Source of the DNA: Oikopleura dioica
Lineage: Eukaryota; Animalia; Chordata
DNA: 64,000 nt
Direction of reading: 5' to 3'
NCBI GenBank assembly: GCA_907165135.1
Contig: OU015567.1
Location: 3,906,001-3,970,000 of the forward strand
Shown here piece by piece: positions 37,132 through 49,446 of this stretch (position 1 is the first letter of the stretch; every line of letters starts with the position of its first letter). Both the position numbers and the translations under genes were made by a program. The notes under the pieces were generated by a model. It was not told where the DNA came from and made no database searches. It saw only the letters and a list, made by a program, of their open reading frames with translations.

Positions 37132-38697
37132 TTATAAATTGGCTTCAAGAAGCATCTTGTTCCTCATTTTTCTTTCGTTGCTCTTTTCAGTAATTTCTAT
37201 GACTCGTTTGATATTCGCGCATTTTCGACCGAGTCGCAAGAGTTTTTGGTTTTTTCGGCAAGACCCGTAGATGTGCTCGAAATAGTCGCCCAAGTTTTGG
37301 CAGAGTGAATCGATGTCGCTGATGTTCAAATCGCAGTTCGACCCAACCAACGACTAAAATAAGCAATTATTCACAAATGAAGATGATCTTACTTTATCCG
37401 GATTGACGAAATCCTTCAAGCACTCCCTCTCGTTCTCCGTCTCTTTCGCCGCTCTAGAACCATGCGCTGCATAAACTGCTTTGACCCGAACAGCCCACTT
37501 CTTCATCCTCGATCTGGCGGTCTTGTTGATTCTCCTCTTGATCGCGCCTTTGTGAAGATGCTGCTTTGTATATCGCGGGAGATCAGTTTCGAAAGCCTTG
37601 TCGATTGCCGCTAGAATTCCAGCGTTCAGTTGTGGGTTGGAACATTTGTCGTCGAATGTGTCATCGCATTCCCATTCAAGAGAGAAGCCGGATGAGTGGA
37701 TTTGCTCGTCGGAGAGGAAGTTGATTTCCATTGTTGGGTAGGAGACTCGATTCCAGAGAAGATAGCCCAAAGACTGAACGACTATTTAGCCAATAAGATT
37801 CAAGAATAAAACACATAAAAAAGCTGAATCTATTCACTTTTCTCATTTTGGCGCTAGAAACATACCCTTGGGTTTCCGGCGTGTTTTCCATTGTCAACAT
37901 AAACGTAGTCGTCGAAATCGCCCGTGATGAACTCCTCTCCTGGATGCCCCGGCTCCCTATCCGTGTCCCACTGGCACAGTCGCGGCGTTTTCTCACCTGT
38001 ACTCTTGTCGCCGTAAAATACCTGAACATGATCAAAAGAGCACATCCACCACTTGACATTGTCCGACTCTTCCTGATTCTGATAATACTGCTCGTAATAA
38101 TAGTCATTTTCATAAGTATCAGTATCATCTTCAATTGAGAAGGAAGTGAAGCGCCATTTCAGGGCTGAGCAGGAGGAGTCGATCTTCCAAGTGCACCTGA
38201 AATTTTCAGTAAGATAAGAGCTTTCATAGCAAAACAAGACTTCCAACCATCGTCCTGATTTTCGACCAGAAAAAAGCCAAATAAAAAATTTTGTTTGAAA
38301 TTTTGAAATTCTAGCTTTACTTGGTATTCATCGGGTAGGGATTTTTTGTAGTGACTCTTCCAGCTGTTGAGTCTTCGTTGATTTCAACCTTTCCGCATCT
38401 TTTTGGCTTTGAAAGAGGCTCCAGGATGAAATCATTTTTCATAATATCACCTAAAAAGAGTCTTATTTCTTGGACACCATAATGATCATTAGTGTAAGAG
38501 GAGGCGGTAGATCGAAATCTATCTTCATTGAGAAATGATACTAACACTTTATTGAGACTACAATCCAAAGACTCATCAGTTTTCCTACCTATAAAATCTC
38601 TTTCATCAGTTGGTTCTCCCATTCTTCCGAGACTGATCGTCTTATTCGGCCTCGCGTCGGCATGACTGTACAAAATTGTATACAAAAATATCTTCAT
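37132..38697 (-). CDS. Secreted CUB-domain protein with a C-terminal Cys-containing helical domain
   Basis: Signal peptide; CGKVEIN...PYPMNT, CTWKI, FTSFSIE, CSFDHVQV, INFLSDEQIHSSGFSLEWEC. Confidence 0.7.
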
Positions 38698-39805
38698 CTT
38701 AGTATCTTTAGTTCCCAAAAAAGGATGAAATTCAAATCTGTCAGCAACGACTTTTTGAATTTTCGACTAAAATTTTTTTTGATAAATCTTCTTTTTGGCT
38801 GCGACTTATATAGACGTGAGGATAAACCTAGCGGCGGCTTAGCTAGAGCGATTCTAGCGTCAAAAATTCGCGAATCCACAGTGCGAAATCGGCGGTTTGT
38901 AAGGGCAATCCGTTTTGAAAAGGCAGAAATTCAATTCATATGTTGAAAACTCGCACACGTGGAGTGATAAAAAGAAACCGCTAAAACGGAAATTCGGAAA
39001 TTCAATAAATGTTTCTTGACCAACTTTCTTTAAAAAGTTGCATCTCTAGCCGGAATTTTTCCGGAAAATCGGAAATTCGAGAAAATGGCGAGAAGGAAAA
39101 GAAAAAAGGATGAATTTTAAGAAATGTTCAAGACAGATTCGTTCATTTCCGGCCTAAGGAGACAAAAAAAGACGATTTTCTTCGTTTTTTTTTGTAGAAA
39201 GACGCCCTTATTTTTTACGATTTCTGTAAAAAGAGACCTTTCTTAGCCCCCTAAAACGTTAATTATGAAATTTTGAAGGAAACAAGGGCCCAAATATATA
39301 TTGTTATCCTCTTACCACGCAAGGGTGGCGAATTAAAAATTTTAACCGACAATGATCCTTCCGTTTTTGCATAAAAATCATCTTCACAACCTAAAATTGG
39401 ACTCAAAAAGCAGCTTAGGAAGCTAGAAAAGAAGATTTACAACGAATTCAGGCCAAATTTGATCATTTCCGTTCAACAAAAAAAAAACATGGCAAAGGTT
39501 TTCAGAGTCTGTGCTGAAAAATACAGTATTTACTTTGCGATAAGAAAGAAGTCCAATTTGCCCCAACTACCGCCAAGAATTTGACTTTGAGACTCTGTGT
39601 GAGAAATCCCTGTGTTTGAATAATTGCTGGATTATTTGCACTGTGGGGGATTTTGAAGACCGAGTGATAACTATCGCCATCTCCCGCCGAGGCGAAGGCG
39701 ATCTCAACAAGACAATAAACTGTTGAAATGGCGACGATTGGAGGGCAAATTCGTGGAAGTAGTTTCAAACTGATTTGGTGCTATATCCGGGTCTCGGCTC
39801 GAAAA

Positions 39806-39893
39806 CCTGAGTCAGGGTCTGTTTTCCGGCTTATTTTACAAAAAAAGCCGCTACGAGGCTTTTCATGAAAGATTTCTCAGACCCTGACTCAGG
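39806..39893. repeat. Perfect 16-bp inverted repeat with an AP-1-like TGAGTCA in each arm
   Basis: CCTGAGTCAGGGTCTG (39806-39821) and CAGACCCTGACTCAGG (39878-39893). Confidence 0.8.
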
Positions 39894-40849
39894 CTTCTAC
39901 ACAGGTAACTGTGCAAAGATCCGAGAATTTTGCCTTTGAAAATTTATTGGATAAAATTTTCACACGTTAGCAAAACTTATTTCCAAAAGCGTATAAAATC
40001 TGAGCATACTAACGGGCAGCAGGTGCATAATTTGGTAACTTGCGCAATCAATTATCAAATGAACGGGTAAGCCACCATGGTAATTCGCGGTCCAGACCGG
40101 TTACCCTTCTTTTCTTTTAGTAGCAAGAAGGAAGTGTACAATATACATTGCATAAACAAACTAAATCTCAGTTTCAGAGGAAACGAAAAAATGAAAGATT
40201 GAACTTGAAGTTGGATCATCAAATGAGGCCCGAAATGCGAATTTTTGTTTAAAATTATTCGGTAGAACCGCTAAGGACTGGTTAACAAGATCCTTGACAA
40301 TTTGGCGACCCAAATTGAACCTGAAAGAAGTTGTCTGCGATTTTCGAGTCAAAAATGTAAATCGAGAATGTCGTTTTTCCAAAAAGTTAATATGGTGACA
40401 CCCTTATTTTCTTTTGCCAAAGGATAGGTTAGACCCTAAACTAGCTCCAAAAGAAATTTGATTCTGAAATTTCGACTCGAAAAAATACTGCTAGAATTTT
40501 CTGGGAAAGAGTAGTGTGAATTAACTACTGTATTTACATTATTACGACTGTCGCCAAATCTCAATCTGCTTCATTTCCGATCTAATCGAATTATCCGAAA
40601 CGGTAGAATACGCATCTTCAGCTCGCTGCACCTGGCTCAGGTACCCACAGTTATGGTGACCCTAAAATTTTCGCGCGATTTTACGATAGCGAGCGCGATA
40701 AGAAACGACTGGGATCAGATTTTGGGCTTTATCCGAGAAAAGGTCGAATAAGGGGATCCGGTGCTTATTTTTGCAACTGTAGAAGGGAATCGACTGTAAC
40801 TCAGAAAACTCTAGTGTATTGAAATTAGCTGAAGATCATTCTCATCGAA

Positions 40850-41018
40850 ATATTTTCGAAATTTCACCGAAAGTTTTTTCGAAATTTTACCGAAAATTTT
40901 TTCGAAATTTCACTGAAAATTTTTTCGAAATTTTACCGAAAATTTTTTCGAAATTTTACCGAATAGTTTATCGAAATTTCGCCGAAAATTTTTTCGAAAT
41001 TTCACCGAAAATTTTTTC
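40850..41018. repeat. ~23-bp minisatellite (about 7 copies)
   Basis: Unit CGAAATTTYACCGAAAATTTTTT made of two related halves; no unique spacers. Confidence 0.85.
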
Positions 41019-41231
41019 TTAGATGAAAAAGCCTCAAGCGGCTTTTCGACTATGAATCCTTCTTTTAGTGTTTTCAAAGCTCAAAAATCATCAAATGAAT
41101 TCAAGGGCCACTTTTATTCTTTTTCCTTTTTCAGAGAAAATTCTAGGAACTAAAATGCATCGACAAAAACTGAATCGAGATAAGAGAAGTCCGTGATGAT
41201 CAAAAGCGTTTCAGGTCGGCGCCGCGGGGCA

Positions 41232-41244
41232 AGGTCAAAGGTCG
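41232..41244 (+). promoter_or_regulatory. DR1-type nuclear receptor element about 1 kb upstream of ROR
   Basis: AGGTCA-A-AGGTCG in a GC-rich patch. Confidence 0.4.
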
Positions 41245-42229
41245 CACACCTTGCGCGGCGCATCAAAACCCCGCTTACTAGCAAGGTTGAAATCAATTTG
41301 TACTTTTTCGGTTTTCTTTTGCTTTTGACACTAGCATAATGATGCCCTAGTTTTATAGTTTTTGATCTTGGCTCTTTTGAGTTTTAAATTCTTTGAAATA
41401 AATATGTTCAAATAAAATTTTATGAATACTTCGAATATACAGTCAAAAAAGGAGGGAGAAGACACCTGATCGCGGAAAGGGATGGATTTCCCCCAGTTGA
41501 CTAGGGATTTTCTCCGAAGCAGACGCCACAAGTGCAAACTTCTGACAAGCCCGCATGATTTCAGGATTTGCACCTCCCGGAGAATTTTCTTTGATTACAG
41601 ACTTCCTTTTTTCAATTGCAAATAACTATCACGAGAACTCTCTTAAATCTTTGTCAAAAGAAGAAAAAGATGATTAGATTTCAAAATGACATTTTTCTTG
41701 CATTCATACTTTCTTTATTCTAATTAATAATTAGTTATTATGCTTCGTTAAAATAAAATTGTGCGATTTTCATTTAAAAAAAGCATTATTTATTCGGTTC
41801 TGAAGAAAAAAATGATAATTTGAGAGTTGAAATGGCTAAAACCAGTTTTTAGGATGATCTTTTTACAAGTAGTTCGATTATCTCAGCATACACTATATTT
41901 TATGATTCATATTTTAGAAATTATGAATCTAAGAATAAATATTCGTAGTCAATAAAAATGTAGACGCTTATCGTATTAACAAATCTTTCCCCCACTTACC
42001 TTAGTGCACCTCCCTTCTTTCCAATCATCCTTCGCAATCTTTTCCCTCCAAGATGGCGCTGTGCCCCGCGCCGTGCCCAGAGGCGCGCTCCGAACTTGAT
42101 AAAACTCAACCCTGAGCTTCTTGTCAGCATAACCTCAATTCACAATCCAACCATCAAAACAGAATAAAAACCTCAAAGTCAAAAACAATTTTTCAAAAAA
42201 ACTCCACAGATACTCGAAAAACAGAAAAA

Positions 42230-44962
42230 ATGCAGTATCAACAAGCACAGAGATATCCTCAGCCACACTCAGCTCAAGGCTACGGCCCAGAGATGAGCTT
42301 CAGAGAGAACTTTCGATCTATGCCAGCTAAAGGTAAGCTTCAGTCACTTTTCAATCCTCTTCTTGAATAAGATTTTTCAAGGAAAACTTTTTAAAAAAGC
42401 TGCTAGCGGCTTTTGAGTCAAAATTTTCTTCTAAAATTGAAGCTTATCAAAAAAGATTTTTTTGATTTCATTTTTTATCGTTCAAAATTTCGATCCATCT
42501 AACCCGATTTTTCAGCTCACATCGAGATCATCCCTTGCAAAGTCTGCGGCGACCGCTCCTCCGGAATCCACTACGGCATCATCACCTGCGAAGGCTGCAA
42601 AGGCTTCTTCCGCCGATCGCAGCAGAACAACGCCCGATACAACTGCCCTCGCACCGGAAATTGCGTCGTCGACAGAACCAACCGCAACCGCTGCCAAGCC
42701 TGCCGACTGAAGAAGTGCCTCGCCCTTGGCATGTCCCGAGACGCTGTCAAGTTCGGCCGAATGAGCAAGAAGCAACGAGATCAGCTGTACATGGAAGTTG
42801 TCAAGCACCAAAACGCCGAGGCTCAGCAGACTCCAATGCCAGACTACTCCAATGTTCCACAGCTCCAGATGCCTTACTCAGCTTCTCAAGGTAAAATAAA
42901 AAAAAATCAGCTTAAAAGAATTAAATCAGGAAAAAACCTAACCTTCTTATTCAGGCTCTTACCCAGCTCACCAGGCACACGCTCACGCTCAAATGGCTCA
43001 AGCTCACCAAATGGCTCAACTTCAAGCTTACCAGCAAGCCCAGCAACTCGCCGCCGCCCAGGGCCGATACTACCCAACTCCCACTCCTTCCTACCCGTCC
43101 CAGGCCGAGCTCGACGAACTCGTCAAGGACATCACCGCCGCTTTCGCCTCCTCCACCGAATTCGATCGACGTGAGATTTATGCTCTTTGCCAGGGATCTG
43201 TTTACACTGACAGCGAAATTGAGCACTACCAGGAACTCGCAGAGGTAAGACTCAAAGTCGATTTTAAGTAAAAAAAGGAAAAGCCGCTTGCGGCTTTTTC
43301 AATCTAAAGTTTATCCTCAAAAGCTTCCCTTTAAAATTTTCTAACCCTTCTTTTTCCAGGACGAGATGTGGGGCCTTTGGGCAAATACCCAAGTCGACAC
43401 CCTCTTCCGCTGCTTGGAATTCGCCCGCGGCATCGGCGCCTTCAACTCGCTCGAGGAAGCCGACAAACTCAACCTCCTCCGATCCGGCGCGCTGGAGATG
43501 ATCCTCGTCCGGATGAGCCGCGAGATCAACCTCGGAAACATGACTGCGATTTGGAACAAGAAGTTCGCCCCTGCCGCCATGTTCAACGCACTTGGTAAGC
43601 AAAGAAAAGAGTACTATCGACCCAGTTACAAATTCCCATCGAGCTTCAAGGGCGATTCCGATCTCGGTGGGCGTTCGCGACTCTATTATACAATATTGAC
43701 TCAGGCTCCAGCCGAGATTTTCCACCGCACCGCGAGATTTTTATCATCGCCAAGGGAGGGCCGATTAGGGCGATTCCCAGAAAATTTCAAATTTATCAAA
43801 AGTCACCCGCTTCTTTCAAACACAAAATTGGTCCTTTTCCCAATCCTCAGAAAACCTCAAGAAAAAAACTTGACTTTCATTCTTGATTTCTAACCCTCCA
43901 TTTTAGGCTGCGAAAAACTCATCGCTTCAATGTACGACGCTGCCGCAAATCTCGCCCGCCTCGCACTTTCTGATGACGAGTTGGCTCTCTTCTCCGCTGC
44001 GGTCCTCCTCTCATCCAGTAAGTCCCCACAAAGCCAACCAAGAGCTCTATTAACGCACCATCTAGATCGACGCGGACTCGTCGAAACCCACAAAATCGCC
44101 GAAAAGCAAACCCTGATCATCGCAGCTCTTCGATCGAAGCTCATGCAGCGCGGACAGAATCCCTTCCCCGTTGTTCAAAAGGTAAAACAAACTCGAAATC
44201 AAGGAAGACACTTTCGTCAAAAGAAAAACTCTCAAAATATTTTATCAACTTCTTCATTTCAGATCTCCGAGATTCTCCCCGAAATGGCTCGAATCAACCA
44301 ACTTCATGCCCAGCAACTCTCTTCCCTCAAACTCGAGCACCCAACTCTAGAACTTCCTTCAATCTACACCGAGTTGTTTCTCCTCGAGCACGCCTCCGCC
44401 ACCACCATCGCCGAGCTCACCAAGGTCACTCCCTCCGCCACCCCAGAAGCCCCAGAAGACTTCACTCCTCACACCATCTTCGCGGACTTGGGCGACCTCT
44501 CTGCTCAGCCCGGCAGCCACGTGACCTTCGAGAACCTCGCCCATCTGGCATCGGCATATGTCGGCGGACAGTTCGAGTTGGCCGAGATAACTGTAAGTTG
44601 AATTGAAAATATCGGTGGATAGATTTTTAACACTTGCTTTTTTAGTCCACTGGGTCAGGCAATAACGACTCGGACTACTCCAGCTGCAACTTGGCGAACT
44701 CGACTGGAATCGCTTCTTCTGACTCTGATTCCGGAACTCAAAGGTAGAAATGGCACATTTTATTCAGTATCTCATCCTTTCTTTCTAGCCCCGAGCGAAA
44801 GTACTCCACCGAGGACGAGCTCAACATCAAAACCGACTTCGACACCGACAGCACCAAGCTCTTCCACAGCTTAGAGACACTTTGCCAGTCGATCAACCCG
44901 GTAAGACCTCAACTTTTATTTACAAAATTCTAACTCTATCTTCTCAGTACACTCAGCAATAA
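42230..44962 (+). CDS. ror: ROR / NR1F nuclear receptor
   Basis: [35 protein letters not shown]...[27 protein letters not shown]; [26 protein letters not shown]; AF-2-like LPSIYTELF. Confidence 0.95.
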
Positions 44963-45314
44963 TGCTGCAATCCAACACGCGCTTCCAGTTAATTCAAATC
45001 CGCTCTTCAACTTTATTTTCTTCAACAGGATTGTTCCTGAAAAAAACTCTCTTTCGTTGTAAATTTTATCCTATTTTTGTACATACAATCACTGCCTGTA
45101 AATATCACAATAAAATTATAAAACAAAATCTCAGTCATGTGTTTTTTTCGACTTGTTTAGCCTCAGGACTGTTGCGCCTCGATTTAATGTGTCGATCTAA
45201 TTCTTGCATACTAAGCATAAAATTCAGTCTTTAATCAAATTAAGTGATTGATTTTCTTCGTGCGGCCTCAGTGAATTTGCCAAGTCCCACCTCAATATTC
45301 GAAGATCAAGAAAA

Positions 45315-45714
45315 ATGAGAGACAACTTGATACTCCTGCCATGTTACGCCATTTTTCACCCTGTGCAAGCTAAAGGTGGACCAAGGTGGACCAGGGTGGA
45401 CGTGGAGGAAAGGGTGGAAAAATGGGGGTTAAGTGGGGCCTTTGGAGAATGGGTAATTACGAGTTGTAAATTATTCGTGAGTATTTAAGGAACCTGTTTA
45501 AAATGCCCTCAGGGTACGAAATCACCCCTCACTATCAATAGTCAAAATGATCCCCAGCTTCTGGGCTTTCTAAATCTGTATTATATGCCCACCCTACTAA
45601 GCTAGAAAAAAAGCTCAATTATTAGTGATTTCCCCTACAGATGACGAAGAAGACGACAAAAAAGACGATCAATCGGATGAAAAAATCTATGGTACTTTTG
45701 CAGAGCCTCAATAA
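45315..45714 (+). pseudogene. Probably disrupted member of the RGG/TM microprotein family
   Basis: MRDNL...VQAKGG; the Gly-rich frame is shifted; exon 2 begins GAACCTGTTTAA (stop) and lacks the TM; an acidic tail remnant ends at 45714. Confidence 0.5.
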
Positions 45715-45820
45715 AAATAAATTCTTTCCGATCGAAGACTTCATTTTCTTTTGCTTATCAAAGATTTGCTTATTCTATATTCGCTGTTATTTTGGCCTAG
45801 AAGACATGGAAGAAGAAAAA

Positions 45821-46147
45821 ATGAGAGGTTCTCTAAAAATCACTGTATCTTTACTTCTCTACGTTGACTTTGTTCAAGCGAAAAGAGGACGAGGAGGAGG
45901 AAGAGGTGGAAATGGGACTTTTATATTTGTTGGAGATTTTGAAGGATGGGTAATTCACAGTTGAACTTAATTGCTGACACTTTTCTTCGTATAGGAAAGT
46001 GTTTTCTTTGTTTTGGCTACCTTGATTGTTGCTTGTTTGTTCAAATGTTGCTGGGATTGCTACGTCTCTGGTCTCGCAGACAACAAGGAAGAAGACGGAA
46101 AAGAACCCGAAGAATCGGCAGAAAATATTTTGCTGGAAGATCAATAA
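45821..46147 (+). CDS. RGG/TM/Cys-cluster membrane microprotein (2 exons)
   Basis: MRGSLK...VQAKRGRGGGRGGNG...FEGW | ESVFFVLATLIVACLFKCCWDC...EESAENILLEDQ*. Confidence 0.8.
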
Positions 46148-46307
46148 AGACTTTCAAATTGACCGCCAAAATGACGTTCTTGGAAAAAATTCCTTCTTCG
46201 AATAAAATTAATTACTATTACAATATTGCCAATTCTGCATAAAAATTCTTCGCCAAGCCTCGCTAAACCTGCAAAGCCGCGCGTCTTTGTACAAAAATCA
46301 ACGAAAA

Positions 46308-46652
46308 ATGAGATATTCTTTCAAGATCATTTCATTTTTCCTCTTCTTCAGTTTCGTTCAAGCAAAAGGAGGCCGAGGAGGAGGAAGAGGTGGAAAAGGT
46401 GCTATTCAACTTGCAGGAGCTCTCGAAGGATGGGTAATTCACAGTTGAAGTTTATTGCTGACGCTTTTTTATAAATAGGAAGATGTTTTCTTTGTCGTGG
46501 GTATTCTGAGTCTTGCTTGCTGTCTGCAATGCTGTTGGTATGGCTGCCTGAGTCTTGCAGAGGGAGTTTTGAAAAGTCTCGCAGAAAATAAAGAAGAAGG
46601 CGGACAAGGAGACGAAGAATCGGGGGAAAATATTTTGCTGGAAGATCAATAA
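46308..46652 (+). CDS. RGG/TM/Cys-cluster membrane microprotein (2 exons)
   Basis: MRYSFK...VQAKGGRGGGRGGKG...LEGW | EDVFFVVGILSLACCLQCCWYGC...EESGENILLEDQ*. Confidence 0.8.
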
Positions 46653-46780
46653 AGACTTTTAAATTTGCCGCCAAAATTTAATTCTTGCACTCTCTGCAGA
46701 AAATTTCTTCTCTAAGACCCACAGGCTATGAATGAATAAAGAGGAATCGTGACCAAGAAAACTTGAAAAATCGATTTAGA

Positions 46781-47096
46781 ATGAGAAATTCCAGCAAAAT
46801 ACTATTGCGACTATTTCTGCTTTTTCATTCAATTCATGCTACAGACTACAGAAGAGTGGATGCAAGAAAAGAAAGCTTATTCGGCCTCGGCGAAAATATG
46901 GCGTGGGTAAAGGAAAAGAAAGTTTGGTCATTTCTCTAAATTCTTTTATAAGGATGGTTTGATTATGGTTGCAATCATTTTGACAAGTGCGTGCTGCTGT
47001 CAGTGCTGCTGCTATGTTTGTGGTTTTCTAGTGGCTATTTTTGGCGACGAGGAAGAAAACGAAAACTCAGGAGAAAATATTCCGTTTACTGCTTGA
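46781..47096 (+). CDS. Family member without the RGG tract (TM/Cys-cluster microprotein)
   Basis: MRNSSKILL...IHA; exon 2 MVLIMVAIILTSACCCQCCCYVCG...ENSGENIPFTA*. Confidence 0.65.
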
Positions 47097-47275
47097 TAAA
47101 AAAATTAAACCAAATAAAAGTCTATTAATAAAATGATGAGTGAACCATCGATGATGATAATTTACATTTTTGGAAAGTCGGGTGTGCCCTTTATCGACTT
47201 AGAGGCGTCAACCTGGAAAAAGAGATATAAAATCAGAAATCTCAAGCTCTAAACTTCATCATCTGAAAATCAACG

Positions 47276-47977
47276 ATGGCCGAAGCAAATCCAGAGCTAG
47301 TTTGTGCTTATAAAAATATCCTCAAAAATATCGGAGAGGATCCAGAAAGAGAAGGGCTCTTGAAAACCCCGGCGAGAGCGGCAAAAGCGATGGACTTTTT
47401 CACAAAGGGGTACAAAGAAGACATAAACGACATTCTCAACGGGGCGATTTTCACCGAGAAAAACGATGAAATGGTGATTGTCCGGGACATCCGACTCTAC
47501 AGCCTTTGCGAGCATCATCTCGTCCCATTTTTCGGAAAAGCGCATGTTGGATACATTCCAAATGGGAAGATTATTGGTCTCAGGTGAGTTACTTTTTATG
47601 ACTTGTTATTCTGATTGATTTTTTCGTGTTCAGCAAAATCGCCAGAATCGTCGACCATTTTGCCCGAAGACTTCAAGTTCAAGAGCGATTGACTCGTCAA
47701 ATTGCTGAAACTCTTGAAAAAGCACTGAATACTAGTGGAGTCGCAGTCATGATCGAATGCGAGTAAGCCAAGAAAATATCTATATCAGACCCCTGCTCGA
47801 TTGTATAATTATCTATTGAGAATTTATTTAAATCAATCATTTCAAAGGCATATGTGTATGACAATGCGCGGCGTGGAAAAAGAAGGCTCAAGTACAGTGA
47901 CGTCCTGTATGCTCGGCTGCATCAGAGAGGACCAAAAATCTCGGCAAGAGTTTCTTTCACTTGTCAAACACAGATAA
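47276..47977 (+). CDS. gch1: GTP cyclohydrolase I (3 exons)
   Basis: [69 protein letters not shown]. Confidence 0.97.
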
Positions 47978-48329
47978 CCACTTTTGTTTCCCAATTTTTT
48001 CTTTCTTTTGCTGGAAAAAAAAGTCTATTAATCGACCAAAACCAACTTTTTTCTTGATGAATGAGCATAAATTTACCAAATATGATTTCAAAAAGCAGCA
48101 TTTTCTTTCTCTTCTGGACTTTTCTTCTCCCATTCGAGCACTTGAGATGTATCACGTGACGGTGAGAAGGCGCGGCTGTTCTGAGATCCTGGCGGAAGCG
48201 ATGACCGGAAAGCACTTTTCACATATTTACAACTTGGCACAAAAACACAAAAAGTACTTCCAGACAGCAAATAAATCAAAAAATCAAAAACAACTCTTTC
48301 AGAATAGATAAAAATTCATTGACCAACAA

Positions 48330-49338
48330 ATGATTATTTTTCTAAGCATTTTGATAAGTTTAACCAAAGCAGAGACACAAGAAAGAAGCCAGAAGGATGA
48401 GTGTCTTGATGGATTTAAAAAAGGGCCTTTTGGAAATTGCGAGAAAATGACCAAATGCGAGAAAAATGGTCAAGGTAAAAAGTACACTCCGAAATACTTC
48501 CTACTTTGATTTTCTAGTCTGCCAATGGAAATGCGAAGAAACGGAAATCGGAGCTCGATGCATTTGTCCACCCGGATATTGGCAGTTTCAAGACACTTGC
48601 CATGACGAAAATGAATGTTTTGGCCGCTCTCCTTGTGGCGAAAAAAGTTCCAACTGCTTGAATCTTCATGGCCGAAGCGAATGCCTACCTGAACTAGAGT
48701 GCCCTGATGATTTCAGGCTTATTTCTTACTCTCGAAATTCATGTGAGAAACCTCTCTTTTTGCCTCCAACTGTTTTTTTCCTTTTAAGATCCTGCAGGAT
48801 GCGAGCAGATACAAGGAACGGGCAAAAATTGCACTGACGAATTTTTCTGTCAATTTTGGTATGTTTCTTTCTTATTTTAAATTCTCCATTTTCAGGCGAA
48901 TTCGACAACAATCAGGGGAACTTCTCAACTATCCTTCTCCGCGAGACCAACTGGTTGCTCGAGTTGAATCCTCTGAAACATTTGGTCGGGGATCAAGATA
49001 CAGGTAGAGTTTTTCTCGTTGATTTTTTCCGAGCATTTGTAGCTACGAAATTTTGGAAGTTGTTGATCGAGATGGAAACCAAGCATATGATTCCGCAGCG
49101 ATTTTCATCAAACAAAGAAGTGAGAGAGTCGGTCGGGCGGAGATTCACTTTCTTGGTAAACCAGCTTTCGAGGTATGAACTGAGCGGAATTCTGGGGGCA
49201 ATTTATATTCAGGGCCCGGGAGTTTCAAGGCGAATAAAGCTGAAATACACCGGCAGCAAACTCTACCGAGGGATCAGCAAAACAATGCGAGTGGAGCTCA
49301 TTGAGATACTCGTTTATGTCTCCGAATTCGATTTTTGA
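48330..49338 (+). CDS. Secreted EGF/cbEGF protein, fibulin-like
   Basis: Signal-like N-terminus; CICPPGYWQFQDTCHDENEC...CLNLHGRSEC; beta-rich C-terminal domain. Confidence 0.55.
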
Positions 49339-49446
49339 ACTCTTTTCCACTTTCTTTTTCTTTCAATAAAGTTCAACATTCGACCGGGCATAAAATTTCT
49401 GTATAATTGAATCAATGAGAGATGAAATTATGGTTTTCATAGGAAT

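Noticed and set aside
40850-41018. CRISPR-like array
   Set aside because: Repeats are contiguous with no unique spacers, there are no cas genes, and the DNA is eukaryotic; it is a minisatellite
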